From a bacterium (GTDB taxonomy: Bacteria > UBA8248), in assembly GCA_963692865.2 (NCBI GenBank), contig OY843592.1, positions 1,120,001-1,184,000 on the forward strand: a DNA stretch of 64,000 bases, in the 5' to 3' direction. The notes beneath the pieces are model-generated. The model was not told the DNA's origin. It was given only the letters and a program-made list of their open reading frames with translations, and searched no databases. The position numbers and the translations under genes are program-made. Within the stretch, counting starts at the first letter, position 1. Each line of letters starts with the position of its first letter. Below are positions 41,101 through 49,305 of this stretch, piece after piece.

Positions 41101-41635
41101 CGAACAGGAAAGAAGCTAGTCCGGTTCGTTCGACCCTGAAACGACCTGCGGCCTCTGAGGCATTCATGGGTCCGGCTTCTCGACCGGAGCGGAGGGTTTG
41201 GTCCCGGTCACGTCCAAAAACGCTTCGACCTCGCTGCGGAAGGCCAGCCCCAGAGGTTTTTCTTGACCCAAGAGATATCACGTAAGTGACGATTCTCGTG
41301 AGAAGGGACGCCCCAATGCCGAATATGGAAGTCAGAAACGCCGTTTTCAGACCGGCGAGAAGCGGCGGAACGCTGCTTTCTATATCATTGGCGTCAAAGT
41401 CTTTCAGGCCGAGAGCGATACCGATGAACGTTCCGAGAATTCCGAGAACGGTCGTCGCCGATTGCGAAAATCTGAGGGCGTTTCTTTTCCAGAAAGCGAA
41501 TACGAGGCAGATTGCGAAACATGCGAGTATCACCACGCAAAAGACTTGCGTTAGCCGTTCGGGATCGCTTGCGGGAGAAACGACGGGTTGAAAAAGGGCG
41601 TATAGAGACGAAAAAACAGGGCGCAGATAGTCCAC
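38129..41635 (-). CDS. UvrD/helicase IV (HelD-like) SF1 helicase with an N-terminal ZorA/MotA-like TM segment, an inserted PD-(D/E)xK-like nuclease and C-terminal topoisomerase C4 zinc ribbons
   Basis: Helicase motifs AAAGSGKT, TFHGLG, LVDEFQD, VGDDWQAIYRF, TVHSAKG.EAD, EERRLFYVAITRAR. Insert YRPDFYL...YIEH. Two CP.C...GCSNYP.C ribbons. Confidence 0.88.
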   Translation of the reverse strand: MDYLRPVFSSLYALFQPVVSPASDPERLTQVFCVVILACFAICLVFAFWKRNALRFSQSATTVLGILGTFIGIALGLKDFDANDIESSVPPLLAGLKTAFLTSIFGIGASLLTRIVTYVISLGSRKTSGAGLPQRGRSVFGRDRDQTLRSGREAGPMNASEAAGRFRVERTGLASFLFAVLRPRDAKAAFVSANSLKPMHGSRYTEIPIEDIVSAKVEIGLRWCGIHFHHSTGRATVSGLTQDDAWAFVEVLETNRIHWWRRTLVEEIAALHSVDERLLQLVSPPEYMARSVFRKLRRNAKKAADQFAERWPKVLSNAPEIRLLKRIQDFLKDPEPIREKANKAFVENEMFRLREFFDRIEDRPLTEEQRRAVVVDDDRNLVVAAAGSGKTSVIVAKAGWLLHRGYRRPSELLLLAFAKDAQKEMEERIRKRLSDEAAADMTVRTFHGLGMKIIGEAEGRRPGLAKAAEDEKALLDLLKTIVTDLAAEQKYYEDLLKWFQSQFAPYRSEHEFESYSEYRDYIRRHEIRSLKGEKVPSYEECEIANFLYLNGVPYEYERKYEHDTATPEKGPYRPDFYLTEAGIYIEHLGIEIEKTKLREKLQEGICIEPFGIDIEGKTAPFVPQKEYLESMAWKRRTHAEHGTILIETFSYERAAGRLTENLAGRLLAYGVTLSPIPRDEVFAMLNRQGRINPFMRLLATFLEHFKGAWLSFPEVARQAADHPDRLRAEAFLTLFQPAFERYEETLSRSEEIDFHDMIDRATEHVETGRYSSPFGYILVDEFQDISQGRARLLKALLEKSPGARLFAVGDDWQAIYRFTGSDIGIMREFIEHFGDCERIPLETTFRCADRIASVATEFVLRNPAQISKRVGSVHRADRPCVHVGLSGEQGLPLLNEALDKITEDAAKFEGKSSVLLLGRYKHTKPQNISALARKYAGLGISYKTVHSAKGREADYVVLLDLCSGRYGFPTEIEDDPLLDLVLSVPEDYPNAEERRLFYVAITRARRRVFLLAEGGPTSPFDMELFDGEYDVTVFGWMPHYDVPCPACIEGRIEQRQNRQNGGIFYGCSNYPHCRHTQQPCPVCGKGLPVKAAEAFRCRECGKFIEACPECDGSLEAKNGRYGPFIGCSNYPTCKYTRDNSKEQSNGKPFAQAAASATAYRGNASSSSM

Positions 41636-41749
41636 GGGGGTTGGGTCCTCAGTGGTTCCTCGGTTTTCAAGACAACCGCTCTATGCTAGCACCCGCGCCG
41701 GGGGTTTGTCGATTTTTTCCGGTTCTCGTTTTTCACGCCCATGCGGTTA

Positions 41750-42056
41750 GGGGTTGTTGAAAAAGTTCCTCGATGCGGGAAAACCACCGTCATTCCGGCG
41801 AAAGCCGGAATCCATTTTATGATTTTTGCTTTCGTTTTCGCATTTGATTCCGACTCGCGGGTGGGCGCGCCGCGCACGAATCCGGAACGGATGAGGTGGA
41901 TATATATGGGGGCGTCCGTATCTTCCCCGGCCGGGAGCGAGGACGTCCGGACAAAAGGCCAAAGACAAAGGTGAAAATGAATCCCGGCTGAAGGCCGGAA
42001 TGACGAGCAAAGGCGAAGGTCAATACCAAGCAAAGCGAGGGTTTTTCAACACCCCC
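41750..42056. mobile_element. MITE-like TIR cassette carrying a GTCATTCCGGCGAAAGCCGGAATCC-type REP pair
   Basis: Ends GGGGTTGTTGAAAAAG / GTTTTTCAACACCCCC. Flanks GGTTA/GGATA (near-TSD). The left end is a near reverse complement of ~48596-48660. Confidence 0.7.
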
Positions 42057-42327
42057 GGATATGTCGTGTTCGTGGCGGGGGAGGGAGGTGGGGTGCAGGA
42101 TTGCTCCACCAGGACGGTGTGTTGCTCCGTCGGCATAGCAAGAAGCCGCGACCGTATTTTCTCATCAAAATTCAGGGGAATGCTATATTAAAGGCGCATC
42201 GTCTCTAAAAGACCAATTCTTTTGGGCTCAAGACTCCAAATTAAGCCGATGCCGCAATTTGGCGGTTATAAGCTGCGCGAATCGCTTTTTCGAGTTCTTT
42301 CTCGAGACGTTCCATGGAGCCGAAAAT

Positions 42328-43320
42328 CTAAAAAAGCGCGCCTTGCGCGTTCGCAGCGGCGGCGATTGCCGTATCCGGGCCGATGTCGGGCAGGTCGCTC
42401 TCGAAAGGGTGTCCGTTTTGCCATCCGGTCTGCCCCGTGGAGCGAAATCGTTCAAGACGCCGAATCGTAATTTCCGCATAGACCGGGTCGACGTCCATGG
42501 TGAAACACTTTCGGTCGAGAATTTCACTCGCGAGCAGGGTTGTTCCCGAGTGCGCGAAAAAATCGACCACCAGATCATCGGGCGATGAACTGGCCCGAAC
42601 AATTCTGTCGATACATTTGATGGGCTTTTGGGCGTAACACCCGGAGACGTTCTCCTGCATCCGATAAAATATCTGTTGAATATCGACCCAGACGTTACCC
42701 GCCCTGATTGTATCGGACCGGCTTCTCTCCAGGTTTTCCGTTCTCTTGCCGTTCACTTTCTTGTAATATCCGCGCAGGATTTTGGGAATGTCCGTATATT
42801 CTGCATCGACCCAAAAATCAGGGTTTCCTTTCGTGTAATAGAGCAACTCCTGCCGAACCGCCATCCAGTTCTTTTGCGTGCCGTATCCCCGTTGGTTTCT
42901 CATCGTGATCATGCTTCTTGAGCGAAAAGGTTGTTCTCGCATCATGAGCGCGAAATCGGGCAATGGTTGGAAACCGTTGTTCTGGTCGGCTCCGAGCCAG
43001 ACGTAAAGCGATGAATCCGGGGCCATGGAATAATGTGAGTGAGACACCCATTTTCGGCACCATTCGATGAATTCCGTTACTTCCTTTTGCTCGAACGCGG
43101 CGAGATTGTAAGGCGGATCATGAATCGCCAGTTTCGCCCGCTCTCCGTCCATGATGCTCCGGGTGTCTTCGCCGCTGGAGGCGTCGAGACACCCGACTCG
43201 ATGGCCTCGCGCGTCGTCGATCCATATCTCTCCCGGCCGAAGGCGGCAATACGGCAGTAACTTGTTTCGCAGTTCAGGCGATGCGTCCAGTCTCGGGAGA
43301 GGGTTGTTTTTCATGGTCAC
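42328..43320 (-). CDS. Site-specific DNA methyltransferase (N6-A/N4-C, beta-type motif order)
   Basis: DPPY precedes QKP and the SAM-binding motif VVDFFAHSGTT. No cognate endonuclease visible. Confidence 0.87.
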   Translation of the reverse strand: MTMKNNPLPRLDASPELRNKLLPYCRLRPGEIWIDDARGHRVGCLDASSGEDTRSIMDGERAKLAIHDPPYNLAAFEQKEVTEFIEWCRKWVSHSHYSMAPDSSLYVWLGADQNNGFQPLPDFALMMREQPFRSRSMITMRNQRGYGTQKNWMAVRQELLYYTKGNPDFWVDAEYTDIPKILRGYYKKVNGKRTENLERSRSDTIRAGNVWVDIQQIFYRMQENVSGCYAQKPIKCIDRIVRASSSPDDLVVDFFAHSGTTLLASEILDRKCFTMDVDPVYAEITIRRLERFRSTGQTGWQNGHPFESDLPDIGPDTAIAAAANAQGALF

Positions 43321-43499
43321 GCCTTCAAATCCTTGTGCTGAAGCCTTCGTCCGGCCATTGTATAAGCCGAGGCCTGCATCTGTTCTTTGGCGTCCGTCGG
43401 GCGGAGATTGCGGTCGGTTCGAACACGCCGACCCCGGCTCTGCTTGCTTTCGCTTTTATTATGCTGATGAGGGTTGGTTTGTCAAGCCCCCGCCTCGCC

Positions 43500-44597
43500 T
43501 CACGAAGCGGCGGACTCCCCCTCCGAGTCGGCGTAGAGCCGGAAGTAGGCGAGGGCGGCGTAGGCCTTGGCCTCGACGGCGTCGCCCGTGAGCGACAGCT
43601 TGAAGTGGTTGATTCCCTTGTAGAGGATGGACATGCCCTTTTCCTCGAAAAGCCGCTCGACTCCCGGAAAGGCGCGCAGGCCGTCGCCCTTCTCCGGCAG
43701 GCACCATCCCATCTCTTCGAGGTAGTCCACGACGGGTCGCCAGGCGTTGCGCCCCGAGGTCAGCCAGTAGTCGAGGTTCGAGGGTTTCCTCGGCCTGTAC
43801 ATCTCGAGGCCCAGGCGCGGCCCCGGGCCGTTCGCGCCCACGTCCAGCGCCAGCCGGAAGACCGGCGTCACGTCGCGCATCTCCTCGAGAACGTCCATCG
43901 CCTTGTCGATGGAGCCGTTCCACTTGAGCCGCTTCAGGAACGCCGGGACGTTGCGCAGTTTCACCCCGTCCACGATGAGGCGGATGAGGCGCGGCTCGCG
44001 CTCCGGCACGGCGCCGATCTGATCCACCACGCCGGTGCGGGGCAGGGCGGCGCACACGCGCTCCACGGCGCGTCGCTCCTCCTCGTTCTCCTCCCAGCCC
44101 GCGGCGCTCGCCATGGCGGCGGCCAGGCGGTCGGGGGTTCGCAGGCCCGCGGCGTCTTCGGCCAGTTCGGATTGAGGCCGCAGCGCCAGGAACACGCCCG
44201 GAGACGGGCGGGCGTCCGGGGGAACCTCCGCGATGTCGTATTCGAGCATCGACGCCCTGAACCAGCCGGCGAGGGAGGGTTCGGAGGCGCAGCCCGCGTC
44301 GTTCATGCGGGCGTAGGCCCGGCCGAGGGCCGCCGCCGCGGAATCCGGCTCCGCGGCCTCGCCCAGGCGGACGTAATACTCCATGGAGGGACGCCCCGGC
44401 GCGACCGAGACGAAATAATCGGCGGCGGGCGCGGGTTCTCCCAGCCGGAACTCGAAAGCCGCGTAATTCAGGGTCAGCCAACTCGGGAGTTCGCCGACGC
44501 GCTCCAGCAGGCGGTCCCACCACGGGCCGTCGAGCAGGGAGGGTGGAACGAAGCGGCGCAACCTGGGAAAGACATCCCCAAAATTCTCAGACATCAT
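43500..44597 (-). CDS. Putative RiPP maturase, probably an ABBA-fold aromatic (Trp) prenyltransferase-like protein
   Basis: ~365 aa from MMSENF. Regularly spaced strand motifs FEFRL..ADY, MLEYD, PGVF, QIG, IRLIV, LALDV, LGLE, NHFKL, AKAY. Directly downstream of the NHLP precursor. The ORF is well supported; the function is inferred. Confidence 0.55.
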   Translation of the reverse strand: MMSENFGDVFPRLRRFVPPSLLDGPWWDRLLERVGELPSWLTLNYAAFEFRLGEPAPAADYFVSVAPGRPSMEYYVRLGEAAEPDSAAAALGRAYARMNDAGCASEPSLAGWFRASMLEYDIAEVPPDARPSPGVFLALRPQSELAEDAAGLRTPDRLAAAMASAAGWEENEEERRAVERVCAALPRTGVVDQIGAVPEREPRLIRLIVDGVKLRNVPAFLKRLKWNGSIDKAMDVLEEMRDVTPVFRLALDVGANGPGPRLGLEMYRPRKPSNLDYWLTSGRNAWRPVVDYLEEMGWCLPEKGDGLRAFPGVERLFEEKGMSILYKGINHFKLSLTGDAVEAKAYAALAYFRLYADSEGESAAS

Positions 44598-44793
44598 CGA
44601 ACCCTGTTTGCGATTGGGCGCATATGCCGGGACGAACGCGGCGGCGAGCGGCGCTCTGCTCCCCGGCCCCCTGTAGCGAAGCGGGCCGCGGAGGCGTTCG
44701 AACACGCGATACATCCCCCTCGAACCAACCCCTTCCCGGGGTTTTCCGCAGATAGAGCCCCGCCAGACTGTCATGCTCTTTTGATATAACGTA

Positions 44794-45081
44794 TCAGATG
44801 TTTTGGTTCAAGTTGTTCCAGGCGTTGACGAAGTCCAAAGGCGCCTGCGTTCCGGCCACGATGTCGTTCAAATCGGACTCGCTCAACTCGGCCGGGGGCA
44901 ATACGAGGTTGATGCTCATGACGTTGTCCGTGTGCACGCCGATCTTGAACCCCTCGGGAATGGTGATCCCCAGTTCCCGCTCGATGGTGGTCTTGGGGTT
45001 GGTCAGCAATTCGGTGCGGAACGCCGGGTTCTCGCTCGCCTTTTTGATGATCTCCTCGCGCATTTCCTGTACGGTTTTCAC
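44794..45081 (-). CDS. NHLP (nitrile hydratase-like leader peptide) RiPP precursor, 95 aa
   Basis: GTG start with GGAG/GAGG upstream. Leader IIKKASENPAFRTELLTNPKTTIERELGITIPEG.KI.VH.D....NLVLPP.ELSESDLNDIVAG. Core TQAPLDFVNAWNNLNQNI. Confidence 0.88.
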   Translation of the reverse strand: MKTVQEMREEIIKKASENPAFRTELLTNPKTTIERELGITIPEGFKIGVHTDNVMSINLVLPPAELSESDLNDIVAGTQAPLDFVNAWNNLNQNI

Positions 45082-45237
45082 TGCCTCGGGTTCTCCGGGT
45101 GATATGTAGGGCCCGCCGAAAAGCGGGCAACGCTCCCCTGCTCGCCCCGGCCGCCGGCGCAACGGGCGCCGCCTCCGGGAGGGATTGGCTGCTTCGTCAT
45201 CCCTCCGCTCGGGCGAGAGAAGAGGACATGCTCAAAA

Positions 45238-45265
45238 AGTATATGCGCCGTGATTGCCGCGTCAA
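45238..45265 (-). promoter_or_regulatory. Candidate sigma70 promoter for the NHLP precursor unit
   Basis: TTGACG, 16 nt, TATACT, ~155 nt upstream of the precursor start. Confidence 0.5.
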
Positions 45266-45487
45266 CAAAATTATGGCCTTTCGCCGAACGAAAGTGCGAA
45301 AAATTCGATTTTTCGCACCAAACGCCCCGACCCCTGGAATTCCTGCGAACCGCCGGCGTCCTTCGCGCGCGCTTTTTTTCTTGAGGGGCCGGGAGTAGTG
45401 TGAGAAACTTGCCCTTTCGCCTCGGGGGACTCGAGTGCTCGTTCCCGTTTCACGAAAAGCCCGCTTAACGGCCAGGGAGGATGCGAC

Positions 45488-47260
45488 ATGATGGACAGGG
45501 GTTCCCGGCGGCACGCGAGCGCCGACGTACGCTACGAAGCCGACGAAAAACCGCCGCCCCTGCTCGCGTTCGGCCTCGGCCTGCAACTCGCCGTCCTCTG
45601 CGTGAGCGGCATCGTGTTCACACCCTTGATCGTGGTTCGGGCCGCCGGTGGAACTGAGGATTATCTCTCGTGGGCCGTGTTCGCCGCTTTGGCGATCTGC
45701 GGCGCGACCACGATGCTCCAGGCGGTCCGGATCGGCCGCTTCGGCGCGGGCTACGTGCTCATCATGGGCACGTCGGGCGCCTTCATCGCGGTCTGCATCG
45801 CGGCGCTCGCAAAGGGAGGGCCGGGGATGCTCGCCACGCTGGTCCTCGCCTCCTCGCTTTTCCAGTTCGCGCTCTCCGAACGCCTCTCGCTGTTCAGGCG
45901 GGTGCTGACGCCGACCGTCGCAGGCACCGTCATCATGCTGATAGCGGTGACGGTGATGCCCATCGTCTTCAAGATGCTCGGGGACGTGCCGAAGGGCGCT
46001 CCCCCGCTCGCCGCCCCGCTGAGCGCCGTGACGGCGGTGGTCGTCATCGTCGGCATCGCGCTCAAGGCGACGGGGGCGCTGCGCCTGTGGGCGCCCGTCG
46101 TCGGCGTGGTCGCGGGTTCGCTCGTAGGCCTCTATTACGGCATCTACGACACGGCCCGCGTCGCCGGGGCTTCGTGGATAGGCCTTCCCCACGGCGCGTG
46201 GCCGGGCCTGGATTTGAGCTTCGGGCCCGTTTTCTGGACGCTTTTGCCGGGGTTCATTTTCGTGACCCTGATCGGCGCCATCGAAACCGTGGGCGACGGC
46301 GCCGCCATCCAGCGCGTGTCCTGGCGGCGGCCCCGGGCGGTGGATTTCAAGGCGGTGCAGGGCGCGGTGGCCGCCGACGGGGTGGGCAACCTGCTCTCGG
46401 GCCTTCTGGCGACGGTGCCGAACACGACCTATTCGACGAGCGTGTCCGTCACCGAACTCACCGGCGTCGGCGCGCGCAGCGTCGGCGTCGCCGCCGGGTC
46501 GGCGTTCCTCGCCCTGGCGTTTCTCCCCAAGCTGGTCGCCGTGGTGCTGGCGATACCGGCCCCGGTCGCCTCGGCCTACATCACCGTGCTGCTGGCGATG
46601 CTCTTCGTTGTCGGCATGCGGATGGTCGTCCAGGACGGAATCGACTACCGCAAGGGGCTGGTGGCGGGCGTCGGTTTCTGGGCGGGCGTCGGCTTTCAGA
46701 ACGGCGTCATATATCCCGAGTACTTCTCCACGTTCGCGGGCGGCCTCTTGAGCAACGGCATGACGGCCGGCGGTCTCGTCGCCATGATCATGACGCTGTT
46801 CGTCGAACTCACCGAACCGCGCCGCAGACGGCTCGAGGCGGCGTTCGACCTATCGGCCCTGCCGAAGATCCGGGAGTTTCTCGGCGAGTTCGCCTCCGCC
46901 GCCGGCTGGGACGAGGTGATGGCGCATCGCCTCGACGCCGCGGGCGAGGAGACGCTGCTGACGCTTCTGCGCCGCGATGAAGACGGCGAGGACGACGAAC
47001 GGCGGCGGCTGCTCGTGGTGGCGCACAAGGAAGACGGCGGCGCGGTGATCGAGTTCGTCGCCGCCGGCGGCGAGGAGAACCTCCAGGACCGGCTCACGCT
47101 GCTCGGCGAACAAACCGCCGGCGCGCCGATCGAGCGGGAAGTATCGCTCCGGCTGCTGCGCCACCTCGCCACCTCGGTCCGCCACCAGCAGTACCGCGAC
47201 ACGGATATCGTGACCGTCCGCGTGGATGTCTCGGGCGCGCCGCGCGGCGAGGGGAGTTGA
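45488..47260 (+). CDS. NCS2-family permease with a C-terminal RsbW-like (HATPase_c_2) degenerate domain
   Basis: YEADEKPP, GLQL, MGTSGAF, IETVGD, ADGVGN, PNTTYS. Soluble tail from ~46820. Confidence 0.85.
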   Translation: MMDRGSRRHASADVRYEADEKPPPLLAFGLGLQLAVLCVSGIVFTPLIVVRAAGGTEDYLSWAVFAALAICGATTMLQAVRIGRFGAGYVLIMGTSGAFIAVCIAALAKGGPGMLATLVLASSLFQFALSERLSLFRRVLTPTVAGTVIMLIAVTVMPIVFKMLGDVPKGAPPLAAPLSAVTAVVVIVGIALKATGALRLWAPVVGVVAGSLVGLYYGIYDTARVAGASWIGLPHGAWPGLDLSFGPVFWTLLPGFIFVTLIGAIETVGDGAAIQRVSWRRPRAVDFKAVQGAVAADGVGNLLSGLLATVPNTTYSTSVSVTELTGVGARSVGVAAGSAFLALAFLPKLVAVVLAIPAPVASAYITVLLAMLFVVGMRMVVQDGIDYRKGLVAGVGFWAGVGFQNGVIYPEYFSTFAGGLLSNGMTAGGLVAMIMTLFVELTEPRRRRLEAAFDLSALPKIREFLGEFASAAGWDEVMAHRLDAAGEETLLTLLRRDEDGEDDERRRLLVVAHKEDGGAVIEFVAAGGEENLQDRLTLLGEQTAGAPIEREVSLRLLRHLATSVRHQQYRDTDIVTVRVDVSGAPRGEGS

Positions 47261-47351
47261 GGAGTCCGGGCGCGCTCAAGGGGTGGCTCCTGCTTCTCGC
47301 CGTTCGCGTCAAACCCGCGTTCATCAGCGTTTTTTCCATAACCCCGCATAC

Positions 47352-48660
47352 AGGGCTGTTGAAAACCCCCTGATTTCGTGATTCGGCGTATGCGGCCGAC
47401 CGGGGGATGATTCCCGATTGACAAGGGGTCCCCCGTAGGGGCCGTATACCATGCGACCCGCTTTCCGACCGGGAAGGGCCGCATACGGGGTTGTTGAAAA
47501 ACCTCCAGGAAGCGATTTTGGGTTGCGCGCTCGCTTTTGAAGTTCACTCCCCCCTTGAGGGGGTTGTTGAAAAAGCCTTCCCCACCTCATCCTGAGTAGC
47601 GGCGAAGCCGCGTATCGAAGGATGCCCGCTCGCCCTTCGATACGCCGCCTCCGGCGGCTACTCAGGGTGAGGAAAAAGGCGTCGGCGGTTTGCAGGCAAG
47701 GGTTTTTCAAAAGCCCCTTGAGGGGGAGTCGGTGAGGTGAGGGGGTTTTTCCCCGAAACCGAACCGGTGGGGGGAGCTTTTTCAGTGGCATGTCTCCCCA
47801 CCGATTCAGCCTTCGCACAAACCGCTCGGCTTCATCGTCGGGCTTTCCCCTCGGGAAGCCCGACCCTCAAGGGGCTGTTGAAAAAGCCGGAGAGAGACAA
47901 TTTGTTTGTAGGTGACAACCCCTCCTCGGGGTTGTCCCACACATATCATGCGACCCTGATTTTCGCCCTCCACAAGGCGGGCCGCATGATATGTCAGACA
48001 TATATGTCTGACCTACAAGAACCTTTCCTCCCCGGTCGCGTAAAACACTCGTTCATCAGGACTTTTTCAACAACCCCGTATGCGGCCCCTACACCAGGCT
48101 TACGACCAGAACGACGTGCGGGGTGAGGACGTGAAAGAGACGAAAAGGCGAAGTCAAAATGGATTCCGTCGAACACTCCCGCCCCGGTCGCGTCCGACGC
48201 CGGAACGACGGATAAAACCGCGTTAGCCGTAGGGACAGGCCTCCGCGCCTGTCCTGATGAAACGCAACAACGCGGATGGATATCCCGAATACGGGCGGCC
48301 ACGGAGGGCCGCCCCTACGAACCCCCCGACCCCCCTTGTCGAGGGGGCTTTTTCGACAGTTCCTTGCGGGCCGGTCGGGATTCCCCCGCAGTGGGCCGTT
48401 TTCATAAACGGCCCACGTTCGCGAACGTGGGTTGTTCCCAAGAACGACCCACTACAAAACCATCGTCCCCTTTTGCCTGTGCTCGTCATTCCGGCGGAAG
48501 CCGGAATCCATTTGCGGGTGCGGGTGAATGAAAGGCGGCGTTTCATTCCCCGCCGATGCGCGGGAACCCCGACGAAAGGCAAAAGGCGTAAAAACGGATT
48601 CCGGCTTTCGCCGGAGTGACGGTGGTTTTCCCGCGTCGAGGAGACTTTTTCAACAGCCCC
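47352..48660. mobile_element. Nested mosaic of MITE-like TIR cassettes and REP-like palindromes
   Basis: TIR starts at 47352, 47487, 47560, 47871; TIR ends at 47717, 48077, 48660. The inner cassette 47560-47717 has TSD TTGAG (47555-47559/47718-47722). Confidence 0.75.
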
Positions 48661-48717
48661 GGGAAAGGAGCATTCGTATCGAAGGGCGGGGGAGGCCGCT
48701 CATCCATCCATGAAACC

Positions 48718-49305
48718 CTATCTGCTCCTCCTCGGGTGGTGGTCGATGCCGCGAAAGGCGTCGATGAAGGCGGTGATGCGCTCCTCGTCGAACGCCTCCA
48801 GCGTGTCTATCTTGCCCCAGGCGGTGAGGGCGATCCTGTGCTTCATGGCGGGGTAGGGGGCGAGGACGACGAACTTCGGGTAGCGGCGCACGACGGATTC
48901 GAGTTTCTTCACGAGTTCGGGGCAATCGGAGCAGCCGTATTGGACGAGCACGCCGCCGTCTTCGAGGTTGTGCACCTGAAATCCCCTGTCGATCGGCCTC
49001 CGGTGCACGCCCCAGGGGACGATGGTCGGGTAGTGGGGCCCCGAGGTGGGGGGATCCGTGTTGTAGGAGACGGCGCCGCTCGTGCCGGCGCGGATGTGGC
49101 GGTTGCCGAGCGAGGGCACGTCGCGCGCCTTGTGCGCGGACGCGCCCGTCAGATAGTAGACGCCGAGGAGGACCACGGCGATGACGCCCGCCCACACGAG
49201 CGGGGCCGTGCGGATTTTCCCGGAGCCCGCGGCCTTCGACGGACTCGGTGCGGCGCGCCCGGCGGAGCGGGGACGTTTCTTTTTCCCCTTGGATTTTCGG
49301 GACAA
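48718..49305 (-). CDS. DUF3105 domain membrane-anchored protein
   Basis: Basic N-terminus and one TM, then YNTDPPTSGPHY, VHNLEDGGV..QY.C, IALTAWG. Start uncertain; the ORF is open to 49398. Confidence 0.8.
   Translation of the reverse strand: MSRKSKGKKKRPRSAGRAAPSPSKAAGSGKIRTAPLVWAGVIAVVLLGVYYLTGASAHKARDVPSLGNRHIRAGTSGAVSYNTDPPTSGPHYPTIVPWGVHRRPIDRGFQVHNLEDGGVLVQYGCSDCPELVKKLESVVRRYPKFVVLAPYPAMKHRIALTAWGKIDTLEAFDEERITAFIDAFRGIDHHPRRSR

Noticed and set aside
41270-41635. Complete Zorya system or flagellar/Tol/Ton stator
   Set aside because: No ZorB/MotB/ExbD/TolR partner, no ZorA tail and no ZorC/D/E genes in the window.
42060-42315. Possible restriction-endonuclease remnant downstream of the methyltransferase (short ORF MERLEKELEKAIRAAYNRQIAASA)
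   Set aside because: Only 24 codons, stops in the adjacent frames, and no recognisable motif. It cannot be supported without a search.
44794-45081. Nitrile hydratase alpha subunit, or a lanthipeptide/azole precursor
   Set aside because: It lacks the CxxCSC metal site and a beta subunit. The core has no Cys/Ser and no LanM or YcaO is nearby.
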